Source: an uncultured SAR86 cluster bacterium (GTDB lineage Bacteria; Pseudomonadota; Gammaproteobacteria; Magnimaribacterales; D2472). Taken from it: a stretch of 64,000 nt of DNA. Below the pieces are notes generated by a model, which worked only from the letters and a program-made list of their open reading frames with translations, had not been told where the DNA came from and made no database searches. Where the stretch lies: assembly GCA_902586925.1 (NCBI GenBank), contig CACIJE010000001.1:747449-811448 (forward strand). Direction: 5' to 3'. Of the stretch, positions 51,694 through 61,965 are shown piece after piece (position 1 is the first letter of the stretch; each line of letters starts with the position of its first letter). The translations under genes were made by a program, and so were the position numbers.

Positions 51694-52890
51694 ATGAGTA
51701 TTGAAATAAAAGCACCAACTTTCCCAGAGTCAGTGGCTGATGGAACTATTGCTAATTGGATTAAGAAAGAAGGAGAAAGTGTAAATCAAGATGAAGTAAT
51801 TGCAGAAATTGAAACTGACAAAGTTGTTTTAGAGGTGCTTGCACAATCTAATGGAATAATATCAAAAATTCATAAAGCAGAAGGTGAAACGGTATTGAGC
51901 TCAGAGGTTATTGGTGAATTCAGTGAATCTGAAGGCAAGCCAGAAACCCTACAGAAAAATAATGAAACAATTGTTGAGTCAAAAGAAGACAAAAATGAAG
52001 AGCAAGAACTAGAAAGCGATCACAAAAAAATAAGCCCAGCTGCAAAAAAAATAGTAATTGAAAACAATATAGAGACAGAAGATATAAAATCTTCTGGTAA
52101 AAATAATAGAATTACTAAAGCTGATGTCATAAATCATATAAGTTCAGATATTGAAGAAAGTTCTAAGTTATCTGAATTCTCTGAAGATGATAGGCCTCAA
52201 AAACGAGTGCCTATGTCAAGGCTAAGATCAACCATTGCCAAAAGGCTTGTTTCTGTTAAGCAAGATACTGCAATGTTAACTACTTTTAACGAAGTGGATA
52301 TGTTGCCTATTAAAGACTTGAGATCAAAATATGGTGAAGAGTTTGAAAAAGAGCATGGAGTAAAATTAGGATTTATGGGTTTCTTTGTTGTAGCAGCAGT
52401 TCAAGCTCTTAAAAAGTTCCCAGTGGTAAATGCATCTATTGATAAAAATGACATTGTATATCATGGTTTCCAAGATATTGGTGTTGCAGTATCAACAGAG
52501 CGAGGTTTAGTGGTGCCTATTATAAAAGATGCAGATACCAAATCTCTTTCTGAAATAGAAAAATCAATTCTTGAATACTCAAAAAAGGCAAAAGAAGGGA
52601 AATTATCCATTGATGAAATGCAAGGTGGAACATTTACAATATCTAATGGTGGTGTTTTTGGCTCGTTATTGTCAACACCAATACTGAATGCGCCGCAAAC
52701 AGCAATACTTGGAATGCATGCTATTCAGGAAAGACCAATTGCCATTGCTGGCGAGATAGTTATAAGGCCTATGATGTATCTAGCTCTGAGCTATGATCAT
52801 AGATTACTTGATGGCAAAGAAGCTGTAACTTTTCTTGTATCTATCAAAGAGCAGCTTGAATCGCCAGAAAGGTTACTATTAAATTTATAA
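51694..52890 (+). CDS. sucB: dihydrolipoyllysine-residue succinyltransferase (E2o)
   Basis: Lipoyl site [10 protein letters not shown] and catalytic [12 protein letters not shown]. Confidence 0.95.
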   Translation: MSIEIKAPTFPESVADGTIANWIKKEGESVNQDEVIAEIETDKVVLEVLAQSNGIISKIHKAEGETVLSSEVIGEFSESEGKPETLQKNNETIVESKEDKNEEQELESDHKKISPAAKKIVIENNIETEDIKSSGKNNRITKADVINHISSDIEESSKLSEFSEDDRPQKRVPMSRLRSTIAKRLVSVKQDTAMLTTFNEVDMLPIKDLRSKYGEEFEKEHGVKLGFMGFFVVAAVQALKKFPVVNASIDKNDIVYHGFQDIGVAVSTERGLVVPIIKDADTKSLSEIEKSILEYSKKAKEGKLSIDEMQGGTFTISNGGVFGSLLSTPILNAPQTAILGMHAIQERPIAIAGEIVIRPMMYLALSYDHRLLDGKEAVTFLVSIKEQLESPERLLLNL

Positions 52891-52900
52891 TATTGAAAAT

Positions 52901-54319
52901 ATGTTTGACGTAGTTGTAATAGGAAGTGGCCCAGCTGGTTATGTTGCTGCAATTAGGGCATCCCAACTTGGCCTAAAGACCTTATGTATCGAGGAAGCTC
53001 TCGACAAGAAAGGAAAACCAACATTTGGTGGAACTTGTTTGAATGTTGGATGTATTCCATCGAAAGCATTGTTAGATTCATCACATAGATATCATGAAGC
53101 TAAAAAAAATCTTGGTTCACATGGTGTCAAAATTGAAGGCATTAAATTAGATCTTCAATCAATGATGAAAAGAAAAAATGATATCGTTTCAAAATTGACC
53201 GGCGGAATTGATGGTCTTTTTGCATCTAACAAAGTCGAGGCTATTTCTGGAAAAGGAATGATAGTTTCATCTAATAAAATTAGAGTTGAAAAAATGGATG
53301 GATCGTATGAGGAAATTGATACTAAGAATATTATTATTGCCACTGGCTCAACTCCAATAGAAATACCTTCAGCAAGTTTTAGTGAAAATATTGTAAATAG
53401 TACTGGGGCACTTTCATTTGAAACTGTGCCTAAGACATTAGGAATTGTTGGTGCTGGAATAATTGGGTTAGAGCTGGGAAGTGTTTGGTCACGACTTGGT
53501 TCAGATGTAACAGTTTTAGAAGCAATGAATGATTTTTTACCAATGACGGATCCAGATATCTCAAAAGATGCTTTCAAGGAGTTCAACAATCAAGGTCTCA
53601 ATATTCAATTAGGAGCAAAGGTTACAGGCACGAAGGATTTAAAGAATTCTGTTAAAGTTAAATACGATCTTAAAGATAAAGAAGTTGAAGTAGATTTTGA
53701 AAAATTAATTGTTGCAGTTGGAAGAAAACCAAATTCATCAGAAGTATTTTTAAATGATTTAAATATAAAAATAAATAATGGATTTATTGAAGTAAATGAA
53801 TTTTGCCAGACATCAATTGATAATATTTGGGCGGTTGGAGATGTTGTCAGAGGACCAATGCTTGCTCATAAAGGGAGCGAGGAGGGTACTATGGTTGCAG
53901 AACGAATAGCAAATAAATTTATGCAGGTAAATTATGACTTAGTACCGTCTGTTATCTACTCACATCCAGAAATAGCTTGGGTTGGTAAAAATGAAAATGA
54001 ACTTAAATCTGAAGGTGTAAATTATAAAGTTGGTAAATTTCCATTTGCTGCAAGTGGAAGAGCTTTGGCTGTAGATCAATCTGTTGGATTTGTAAAAGTT
54101 TTATCTGAAGAGAGAACAGACACTATTCTTGGTGTTCATGTTATTGGACCTGCTGCCGCCGAAATAGTACAACAGGCTTTAATATCTATGGAATTTGGAT
54201 CTAGTGCTGAAGATATTGCTCTTACAATGTTTAGTCATCCAACAGTATCGGAAGCATTTCATGAGGCTGCTCTTGCTGCAAATAACCAGGCAATTCATAT
54301 CGGAAATAAAAGAAGATGA
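52901..54319 (+). CDS. lpdA: dihydrolipoyl dehydrogenase (E3)
   Basis: VIGSGPAGY and redox disulfide [13 protein letters not shown]. Its position between sucB and sucC matches Pseudomonas lpdG. Confidence 0.95.
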   Translation: MFDVVVIGSGPAGYVAAIRASQLGLKTLCIEEALDKKGKPTFGGTCLNVGCIPSKALLDSSHRYHEAKKNLGSHGVKIEGIKLDLQSMMKRKNDIVSKLTGGIDGLFASNKVEAISGKGMIVSSNKIRVEKMDGSYEEIDTKNIIIATGSTPIEIPSASFSENIVNSTGALSFETVPKTLGIVGAGIIGLELGSVWSRLGSDVTVLEAMNDFLPMTDPDISKDAFKEFNNQGLNIQLGAKVTGTKDLKNSVKVKYDLKDKEVEVDFEKLIVAVGRKPNSSEVFLNDLNIKINNGFIEVNEFCQTSIDNIWAVGDVVRGPMLAHKGSEEGTMVAERIANKFMQVNYDLVPSVIYSHPEIAWVGKNENELKSEGVNYKVGKFPFAASGRALAVDQSVGFVKVLSEERTDTILGVHVIGPAAAEIVQQALISMEFGSSAEDIALTMFSHPTVSEAFHEAALAANNQAIHIGNKRR

Positions 54320-55476
54320 ATCTTCACGAATATCAGGGCAAAGCTTTATTTGCTGAATTTAATTTACCTGTTTCAAAAGGTAAGGTTGTTTTCGATGCAG
54401 ATGAAATTATTGATGCATGTAACGAAATAGGTGGTTCAAAATGGGTAGTGAAAGCCCAAGTTCATGCTGGAGGACGAGGAAAAGCAGGGGGTGTAGAGTT
54501 GATTGATAACCCTCAAGATGGAGTAGAATTTGCAAAAAAATGGCTTGGTAAAAATTTAATCACTTATCAAACTGACAAAAAAGGACAACCAGTCAATTCT
54601 ATTTTAGTTGAAGAATGTATGACCATCGCTAAAGAACTTTATTTAAGTGCTGTAATTGATAGAGAATCCCAAAAAATAGTATTTATAGGATCAAGCGAGG
54701 GTGGTGTAAATATTGAAGATGTTGCTAAAAAATATCCTGAAAAAATAATTTACGAAGGTGTAGTTTATGGAGATAAAGCCCTTTCAGAAAATGCAGAAAA
54801 TATAGCTAAGGTACTTAAATTAAATAAAGATCAAACAAATCAATTTATACCTATGATTGAGAATTTATTGAGATTATTTGTAGAAAAAGATTTAAGCCTT
54901 TTAGAAATAAACCCCTTAGTAATAACTGAAAATGGAGATTTGCATTGTTTAGATGCAAAAATAAATATTGATTCAAATGCTTTGTACAGACAACCTGATT
55001 TAGCTGAAATGTATGATCAATCCCAAGAAGATCCTCAAGAAGCTGAGGCTGCAAAAAATGATCTTAGTTATGTTTCATTGGATGGAAATATTGGCTGTAT
55101 GGTAAATGGCGCTGGCTTGGCAATGGGCACGATGGATACCATTAAATTTTATGGAGGAAATCCTGCAAATTTTCTCGATGTTGGAGGAACTGCAACTCAA
55201 CAAAGAGTGGCTAAGGCTTTTAAAATTATCCTTGATGATCCTGATGTTAAAGTTGTTCTTGTTAATATATTTGGTGGCATTGTAAGATGCGACTTAATTG
55301 CCGAGGGAATTATTTCAGCAATCAAAGAGGTTGATGTGAAAATACCTGTTGTCGTTAGATTGGAAGGAAATAATGCCGAAAAAGGATCACAAATTTTATC
55401 AAAGGCAAGTATTAAAATTGATAGCATAAATAATTTAGCTGATGCAGCAAAAAAAGCAGTTGATTTTGCAAAATGA
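54316..55476 (+). CDS. sucC: succinyl-CoA synthetase beta subunit
   Basis: [28 protein letters not shown] and [14 protein letters not shown] motifs. Confidence 0.96.
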   Translation: MNLHEYQGKALFAEFNLPVSKGKVVFDADEIIDACNEIGGSKWVVKAQVHAGGRGKAGGVELIDNPQDGVEFAKKWLGKNLITYQTDKKGQPVNSILVEECMTIAKELYLSAVIDRESQKIVFIGSSEGGVNIEDVAKKYPEKIIYEGVVYGDKALSENAENIAKVLKLNKDQTNQFIPMIENLLRLFVEKDLSLLEINPLVITENGDLHCLDAKINIDSNALYRQPDLAEMYDQSQEDPQEAEAAKNDLSYVSLDGNIGCMVNGAGLAMGTMDTIKFYGGNPANFLDVGGTATQQRVAKAFKIILDDPDVKVVLVNIFGGIVRCDLIAEGIISAIKEVDVKIPVVVRLEGNNAEKGSQILSKASIKIDSINNLADAAKKAVDFAK

Positions 55477-56342
55477 GTATCTTAGTAAACAAAGATACAA
55501 AACTTATTGTTCAAGGATTTACAGGTTCTCAAGGTACTCTTCATTCAGAGCAATCCATTGAGTATGGAACAAATATTGTAGGCGGTGTCACTCCTGGGAA
55601 AGGAGGTATTAAACATCTTGGAAAACCTGTCTTTAATTCAGTTCATGATGCAGTAAAAGAGTTAAATCCAAATGCCTCTATAATTTTTGTGCCAGCAAAA
55701 TTCTGTAAAGACTCAATAATGGAAGCAGCAGATGCAGGCATTAAGTTAATTATTTGTATCACAGAAGGTATTCCGACTATTGATATGCTTGATGTAAAGA
55801 GGCATATAGATGATCTTGGAATTAGATTAATTGGACCTAATTGTCCAGGCATTATTACTCCTGGAGAGGCTAAGCTTGGAATAATGCCTGGAGATATTCA
55901 TATACCTGGCTCTATTGGAATTATTTCTAGATCAGGAACACTTACATATGAGGCAGTAAAACAAACCACAGACCTGGGTTTCGGTCAAAGCAGTTGTGTT
56001 GGAATTGGTGGCGATCCTATTCCAGGCTCATCATTTATAGATATGCTGAAATTATTCGAGGATGATGATAAGACTGAAGCAATCGTGATGGTTGGTGAAA
56101 TTGGAGGATCAGCGGAAGAAGCTGCTGCAGAATATATTAAAAATAACATTACAAAACCTGTAATATCATATATTGCTGGACAAACTGCACCAGCTGGGAA
56201 AAGGATGGGTCACGCTGGAGCTATTATTGCTGGAGGAAAGGGAACCGCAAAAGATAAAATTGAAAAGCTAAAAAAATGTGGTGTTCATATTGCAGACAAC
56301 TTAGTCTCAATTGGCAGTAAAGTGGCTGAAGTTATTAATTGA
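55473..56342 (+). CDS. sucD: succinyl-CoA synthetase alpha subunit
   Basis: [18 protein letters not shown] and the phospho-His in GHAGAII. Confidence 0.96.
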   Translation: MSILVNKDTKLIVQGFTGSQGTLHSEQSIEYGTNIVGGVTPGKGGIKHLGKPVFNSVHDAVKELNPNASIIFVPAKFCKDSIMEAADAGIKLIICITEGIPTIDMLDVKRHIDDLGIRLIGPNCPGIITPGEAKLGIMPGDIHIPGSIGIISRSGTLTYEAVKQTTDLGFGQSSCVGIGGDPIPGSSFIDMLKLFEDDDKTEAIVMVGEIGGSAEEAAAEYIKNNITKPVISYIAGQTAPAGKRMGHAGAIIAGGKGTAKDKIEKLKKCGVHIADNLVSIGSKVAEVIN

Positions 56343-57689
56343 GGTTTTTTTAATTTGATTTTTTACAACCCATTTCAACCTAAAAATTGCAAGAAAAGAA
56401 AAAATTGTTAGACCAATAATCATTCCAAACCACATTCCTTTGGCGCCTAAAGGAGTACCAAATCCAAAATTAGTAAGATAGTATCCAATAGGCATTGCAA
56501 AAATCCAGTAAGATATCATTAAAAGTATCATTGGGATAAAAGTGTCTTTATATCCCCTTAGACTTCCAAGAGCTCCCATTTGAATACCATCAGGTAATTG
56601 AAATATTGCTGCAAACAATATCAAACTTATAGCAAGCTCAAGAACAGGAACTTCTGTAGTATATAAACCAACAATAAATGAGCCAAATAAAATTATTATT
56701 ATACTGTTTATAAGCGCACCAGAAATACAAAGTAAAATTGTTGAAGTTGCAGCTATTTTTGCTTGATATGGATTTTTTTCACCAATCAAGTTACCAACCC
56801 TTGTTGATGAAGCTAAACCAATTGCCAGCGGCACCATAAAAAATAAACTTGCAATACTAATAGCAACAGAATGACTTGCTACAACAATTTCTCCAAGAAC
56901 ACTCAATATTATTGCAGCACCAGAGAACATACTTAATTCGATAAAAATTCCAAGACCAATTGGGAGGCCCAATTTAAATACTTCTTTTGTAGTCTTTAAC
57001 GAAGGAAGTGAAAATCTAGAAAATGGCTCTGTTTTTTTATAATTTTTTGAGTAATTTATATAAACAAATATTGATATCATCATGATAAAAGAAACAATAG
57101 ATGTTGCAATTCCACAACCAATACCTCCAAGTTTTGGTGCGCCAAACCATCCATATACAAATATCAAATCAAGAGGAATATTTAAAAGCATTCCTGAAAA
57201 AGCAATATAAAATACTGGTTTGGTAAATGTCATACCTTCGCTATAACATCTAAGACAGGTAAAAATTGTTACAAAAAACCAACCAATTGAAACAGCTTTT
57301 AAGTAGCCAATTGTCACCGATGTAATTGAATTTTTAATTGGAAGAAGCTCAATAATGATATCCATATTATAAAAAATAAATGCCATCAACAATCCAAGTC
57401 CTGCAGCAACCCAAATAATTTCTCTAAGTTTTTGCCCAATTTCTAGAAATTTCTTTGCTCCATATAGTTGAGCAACAATTGGAGTAACTGCAAAAATAAT
57501 TCCTGTGAAAAAAAACCAAATCGTATTTGAAAAAGCTGTACCAACTGCTAACCCTGCAAGATCATTAGCGCTTGCTCTGCCAGCTATTATGGTGTCAGTA
57601 GCTCCCATAAGTGTATAAGATAATTGAGAACCAAATATTGGAACGCCAATCTTTATAAGTTGTTTAAATTCAAATAAATACTTCGCCAT
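56307..57689 (-). CDS. MATE family multidrug/sodium efflux transporter (NorM-like)
   Basis: 460 aa with 12 TM helices. The N-terminus [28 protein letters not shown] is typical of MATE. Confidence 0.85.
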   Translation of the reverse strand: MAKYLFEFKQLIKIGVPIFGSQLSYTLMGATDTIIAGRASANDLAGLAVGTAFSNTIWFFFTGIIFAVTPIVAQLYGAKKFLEIGQKLREIIWVAAGLGLLMAFIFYNMDIIIELLPIKNSITSVTIGYLKAVSIGWFFVTIFTCLRCYSEGMTFTKPVFYIAFSGMLLNIPLDLIFVYGWFGAPKLGGIGCGIATSIVSFIMMISIFVYINYSKNYKKTEPFSRFSLPSLKTTKEVFKLGLPIGLGIFIELSMFSGAAIILSVLGEIVVASHSVAISIASLFFMVPLAIGLASSTRVGNLIGEKNPYQAKIAATSTILLCISGALINSIIIILFGSFIVGLYTTEVPVLELAISLILFAAIFQLPDGIQMGALGSLRGYKDTFIPMILLMISYWIFAMPIGYYLTNFGFGTPLGAKGMWFGMIIGLTIFSFLAIFRLKWVVKNQIKKTSINNFSHFTAN

Positions 57690-57819
57690 ACAGAAATAAA
57701 GTTGTTATTAATTAAATTTTGAGTACTTTATCATATTAAAATACCAATTTTCGGAGAAAATTATTAGAAAAGATAACCGACCATACTGGCTCAAAAAATA
57801 TACAACCAAATTAAATAAT

Positions 57820-58482
57820 TTGTATGTAAGACATTTTTTAAAGCCACAATTTAAATTTTTAGGAAAAGGAGGTGCATTCTTTAAACCAAGATACATAAAG
57901 GTATTTGGTTTTAATGTAAGTATTGATGACTATCCTACAATTATTGGTGCAAGTGATGCCAATGTCCAACTTACTGCATGGAATATTGGTGATCACAAAG
58001 GGGAGATAATTATTGGAAAATATTCTCTAATTACACCTGGAGTAAGAATAATTTCTGCGGAAAAAATTGAAATTGGTAAGGCATGTATGATTGCTCATGG
58101 AGCATATATTTCTGACGCTGACTGGCATGGAATATACGATAGAGCTGAGCCAGTAGGTAAAACCAAACCAATTAAATTTAAAGATAATGTCTGGATAGGA
58201 GATAGCGCTATAATTTGTAAAGGCGTAACCATTGGTAAAAATAGTATTATTGGCGCAGGATCTGTTGTAACCAAAGATGTGCCTGATAATTGTGTTTTTG
58301 CAGGAAACCCAGCAAAGCTAGTTAAAAAACTTGATGCTGGAGATTTCAATACAAGAGAGGATTTTTTTAAAGATCCAAAAAAACTAGCTCAAGATTTTAA
58401 AATGCTTGATAAATATGCACTAAAAAATAATACATTTTTGAATTGGATAAAAAGCATCATTTCACCAAACGAAACCCATTAA
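57820..58482 (+). CDS. left-handed beta-helix (hexapeptide-repeat) acyl/acetyltransferase. The start codon is uncertain.
   Basis: Hexapeptide turns IGKACMIAHGAYI, VWIGDSAIICKGVTIGKNSIIGAGSVV and then FAGNPAK. The track start is a TTG with no SD, and the frame stays open upstream to 57712 (see findings). Confidence 0.7.
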   Translation: MYVRHFLKPQFKFLGKGGAFFKPRYIKVFGFNVSIDDYPTIIGASDANVQLTAWNIGDHKGEIIIGKYSLITPGVRIISAEKIEIGKACMIAHGAYISDADWHGIYDRAEPVGKTKPIKFKDNVWIGDSAIICKGVTIGKNSIIGAGSVVTKDVPDNCVFAGNPAKLVKKLDAGDFNTREDFFKDPKKLAQDFKMLDKYALKNNTFLNWIKSIISPNETH

Positions 58483-58544
58483 CTAACTTTGTATATATAA
58501 AAAACAATTATATTAAAAATATATACTATGTAATATAAACATAT

Positions 58545-58560
58545 TGGCATATTAATTGCA
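58545..58560 (+). promoter_or_regulatory. candidate sigma-54 (-24/-12) promoter element
   Basis: TGGCATATTAATTGCA has GG and GC separated by exactly 10 nt, as in the consensus TGGCACG-N4-TTGCW. It lies 56 nt upstream of the TTG of the 130-aa ORF. It is a single occurrence in an AT-rich spacer, so chance cannot be excluded. Confidence 0.3.
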
Positions 58561-58615
58561 TACAATAGGTTAGTACTTCTCTTTTTTTTGATTATTTTCA
58601 CAACTGGAGGTTTTT

Positions 58616-59008
58616 TTGAGTTTATTAAAAAAAGATAGTCACATTTCGAAAGCAAAGATTCTGATCAATACCATTTTAAAAAATATGGATAATCCTATGA
58701 AACCTGAATCACTTAATTTTTTTCAAGCAGATGCATACAGATTTTATTTTCTTATGAGTTTTATGAACGAACACATTGAAGAAAATGAGATGTCGCAAGA
58801 GTACGCTATTTCACTGGTACCAAAAAAATATGCATCAAGGATTAAACGTCTCCAGGTATTAAAACAAGCGGTAACTCTGGGTTACATAAGTGAAAAGTCA
58901 TCTTCAATTGACAAAAGGAGAAGAATTTATGAACCCACAGAAATCTTAATTAAAGATTTTTTAGAATACTCAGAATCTATACTCCGCGATAATAGTTCTT
59001 CCGCATAA
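58616..59008 (+). CDS. hypothetical protein, possible winged-helix (MarR-like) DNA-binding protein
   Basis: TTG start preceded by a strong SD (GGAGG at 58606-58610). The C-terminal half (ASRIKRLQVLKQAVTLGYISEKSSSIDKRRRIYEPTE) resembles the MarR recognition helix plus D-x-R wing pattern. I recognise no family. Confidence 0.45.
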   Translation: MSLLKKDSHISKAKILINTILKNMDNPMKPESLNFFQADAYRFYFLMSFMNEHIEENEMSQEYAISLVPKKYASRIKRLQVLKQAVTLGYISEKSSSIDKRRRIYEPTEILIKDFLEYSESILRDNSSSA

Positions 59009-59053
59009 AATCTATTACCTACCTAAATACCATCTTTTTAATTACAATTAGGT

Positions 59054-59449
59054 ATGACAAAGAATACCAAAACAGATAATGACTGGAAAAATCTTTTGGA
59101 TGCAGAATCATATCGTGTAACTAGACAATCTGGAACCGAGAGACCCTTTACTGGGAAATATTGGAATTTTTCCAAGGAAGGTGTCTATAAATGTATCTGT
59201 TGTGGCGAAAGTCTATTTGAGTCTGAAACAAAATTTGACGCTGGGTGTGGTTGGCCCAGCTTTTTTATTCCTCATAACGAAAGTTGTATAAATGAGTTTG
59301 AAGACAATTCTCTTGGAATGAGAAGAGTTGAGGTAAAATGCTCGAATTGTGATGCCCATCTTGGGCATGTCTTTAATGATGGCCCTCATCCAACTGGCCT
59401 AAGATATTGTATAAATTCTGCCTCTTTAGATTTTGAAGACAATCAGTAA
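59054..59449 (+). CDS. msrB: peptide-methionine (R)-S-oxide reductase MsrB
   Basis: Zn-binding CxxC pairs (CICCG and [12 protein letters not shown]) and catalytic RYCINS. Confidence 0.93.
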   Translation: MTKNTKTDNDWKNLLDAESYRVTRQSGTERPFTGKYWNFSKEGVYKCICCGESLFESETKFDAGCGWPSFFIPHNESCINEFEDNSLGMRRVEVKCSNCDAHLGHVFNDGPHPTGLRYCINSASLDFEDNQ

Positions 59450-61001
59450 AAATCATAATGATATTTCTAATGGATTATTTAATAATCTAAAGAAGGTTTT
59501 ATCTGGAACTAGTTTATCAAGAATTTTTGGTCTCATAAGAGATATATCTACTACAAATCTTTTAGGTGCATCACTATTTCATGACATCTTTGTGATATGT
59601 TTAAAAATACCAAATCTTTTTAGAAGATTTTTTGCTGAGGGAGCATTTAATCAAGCATTTATTCCTATATACAGTGATTATGAGCGAGTAAATAATATTG
59701 ATGAAACAAACAAATTTCTTAGCTCACTCTTGGGCGTACTCATAACTTCTTTATTTATATTTACAATACTAGTTTTAATTTTTGCACCTATATTTATTTT
59801 TGTCTTTGCGCCTGGATTTTATTTCGATCCTGTCAAAAAAGACTTATCTGTAGATATTCTCAGAATTATGTTTCCCTATCTTGCTCTTATATCTTTGGTA
59901 GCTTTTGCTGGAGGAATACAAAATACGCATAAAAAATTTTCTATTCCTGCATATACACCAGTACTCTTTAATCTTAGTCTTATTATTGCTGCAATTTTTA
60001 TTGCTCCAATATATGAGATGCCAATATATGTTCTCGCATGGGGAGTATTTTTGGCGGGAATACTTCAACTTTTAATTCAAATATTACCCCTTAAAAGAAT
60101 TGATAGGCTTCCAGTGCCAAAGTTTAATTTAAAAAATCCTGGCTTAAATAAATTTTTTAAATTAATTATTCCTGCAATTCTTGCAGGTGGAATCATTCAA
60201 ATTAATCTTTTAGTTGATACAATCTTTGCTTCTTTTCTTGAAACTGGAAGTCCAACATGGCTATATGTTTCTGATAGATTGATTCAATTTCCAATGGGTA
60301 TTTTTGCTATAGCAATTGGAACTGTACTTCTACCAACATTATCAAAGTTTGATTTAAACCATGAGAAAGATAAATTTGTTAACGGTATAAGAAAAGGACA
60401 GAAATTTATTTTGTATATTGGAATACCTTCAATGATAGGCTTATTTTTCTGTGCTGAAGATTTAATAAGTACAATTTTTTATAGAGGAGCTTTTTCTGGA
60501 ATAGATGTTATTAATTCTTCATATAGCTTAATGGCTTTTTCATTTGGATTACCATTTTTTATGTTAATGAAAGTATTGACTCCTGCTTTTTTTGCTAGAA
60601 AAGATACTAAAACTCCAATGTATGTTGCAGGCATGTCATTATTTATAAATGCTTTCTTAAATTTTTATTTAGCATTTATTTTAGATCTGGGACACATAGG
60701 TATTGCATTAGGAAGTTCAATAGCAGCAATAATAAGTGTTTGTGTTCTTGAGATAGCCTTGTACAAAAACGGATTTATTCAGCTTAGAAGCATTTTTAAT
60801 AAATTTAATTTTAATATTTTTATTTCGAGTTTATTTTTAATCGCATTCTTATATTTTTATACATCAGAAATAAATTTTTTAAAATTAACTCAATATGAAA
60901 GAGTTTTTTATTTATTAATTGAAGTTATAGTCTCTATCTCAATATATTTTTTTATTTCTAGATTGGTATTAAAGAAACCTTTAAAATTTTTATTAAATTA
61001 G
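59433..61001 (+). CDS. murJ: lipid II flippase MurJ (MviN)
   Basis: 522 aa with about 14 TM helices. N-terminal [21 protein letters not shown] and [18 protein letters not shown] motifs. The only in-frame canonical start is the TTG at 59433, which overlaps msrB by 17 nt. Confidence 0.85.
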   Translation: MKTISKNHNDISNGLFNNLKKVLSGTSLSRIFGLIRDISTTNLLGASLFHDIFVICLKIPNLFRRFFAEGAFNQAFIPIYSDYERVNNIDETNKFLSSLLGVLITSLFIFTILVLIFAPIFIFVFAPGFYFDPVKKDLSVDILRIMFPYLALISLVAFAGGIQNTHKKFSIPAYTPVLFNLSLIIAAIFIAPIYEMPIYVLAWGVFLAGILQLLIQILPLKRIDRLPVPKFNLKNPGLNKFFKLIIPAILAGGIIQINLLVDTIFASFLETGSPTWLYVSDRLIQFPMGIFAIAIGTVLLPTLSKFDLNHEKDKFVNGIRKGQKFILYIGIPSMIGLFFCAEDLISTIFYRGAFSGIDVINSSYSLMAFSFGLPFFMLMKVLTPAFFARKDTKTPMYVAGMSLFINAFLNFYLAFILDLGHIGIALGSSIAAIISVCVLEIALYKNGFIQLRSIFNKFNFNIFISSLFLIAFLYFYTSEINFLKLTQYERVFYLLIEVIVSISIYFFISRLVLKKPLKFLLN

Positions 61002-61002
61002 T

Positions 61003-61965
61003 ATGTATTTAATTAGAGGCCAACATAATCTCAGTTTATTTAAATCAAGATATCCTGATATTTCTTTGTCAGGAACCATTGGAAATTTCGACGGATTACA
61101 CATTGGACACCAAGCAATTTTAAATAAGATACAAAATAATGCTAAAAAATTTCGAGCAAAAACTATAGTATTTTTCACTGAACCCCATGCATCAGAGTAT
61201 TTCTCTAAGGTACAAAATTCGAATAAAAATCCTCCTCCAAGAATATGTCCCTGGAGGGAGAAGGTAAAACTCTTAGAAAAAAGTGGGATAGATTTCGCGT
61301 GTTTCCTAAAATTTAATAATGCTTTAAGAACAATGTCTCCAGAGAATTTCATATCTGAAATTTTAGATTCAATTAATTTAGTGAGTTTCACAGTAGGTGA
61401 TGATTTTCGATTTGGTGCTGATAGAAAAGGCGATACCGATTTATTAAAAGATTGGGGACAAAAAAATGGAATTTTGGTTGAAAATACTGAAACAGTTATT
61501 TTAGATGGGCAAAGAGTTAGCAGTACTAGAATAAGAGAGGAACTCCTAAATAATAATTTTAATAATGCTGAAAAATTACTTGGAAGGCCATATACCTTCT
61601 CTGGAAAAGTTGTTCATGGTCAACACTTAGGAAGAACAATTAATATTCCAACAGCAAATATATGGCTTCCTAATCAAAGACTACCAATTACAGGAGTTTA
61701 TGCTGTTAAATGTAAATTAAATAATTTAAATCTTAAAGGAATTGCAAATATGGGAGTTAGACCAACTGTTGGGGGAGAAAAACCTGTGTTGGAAGTTCAC
61801 TTATTTGAATTTAATGAAAATATTTATTCTCAACGACTTCAAGTTAAATTTATAGAAAAAATAAGAGATGAAAGGAAATTTGAAAATTTAGACATGTTAA
61901 AATCCCAGATTCAAAAGGATATATCAATAGCAAAAAATATTTTAAGTACTCCAAATGACAGTTAA
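61003..61965 (+). CDS. ribF: bifunctional riboflavin kinase / FMN adenylyltransferase
   Basis: GNFDGLHIGHQAIL, RVSSTRIRE and GRPYTFSGKVVHGQHLGRTINIPTANI motifs. murJ-ribF-ileS synteny. Confidence 0.92.
   Translation: MYLIRGQHNLSLFKSRYPDISLSGTIGNFDGLHIGHQAILNKIQNNAKKFRAKTIVFFTEPHASEYFSKVQNSNKNPPPRICPWREKVKLLEKSGIDFACFLKFNNALRTMSPENFISEILDSINLVSFTVGDDFRFGADRKGDTDLLKDWGQKNGILVENTETVILDGQRVSSTRIREELLNNNFNNAEKLLGRPYTFSGKVVHGQHLGRTINIPTANIWLPNQRLPITGVYAVKCKLNNLNLKGIANMGVRPTVGGEKPVLEVHLFEFNENIYSQRLQVKFIEKIRDERKFENLDMLKSQIQKDISIAKNILSTPNDS

Noticed and set aside
57708-57896. 62-aa minus-strand ORF in the MATE/acetyltransferase spacer.
   Set aside because: It overlaps the acetyltransferase 5' region in antisense. 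It has no SD and no recognisable sequence features. The plus-strand frame there looks more protein-like.
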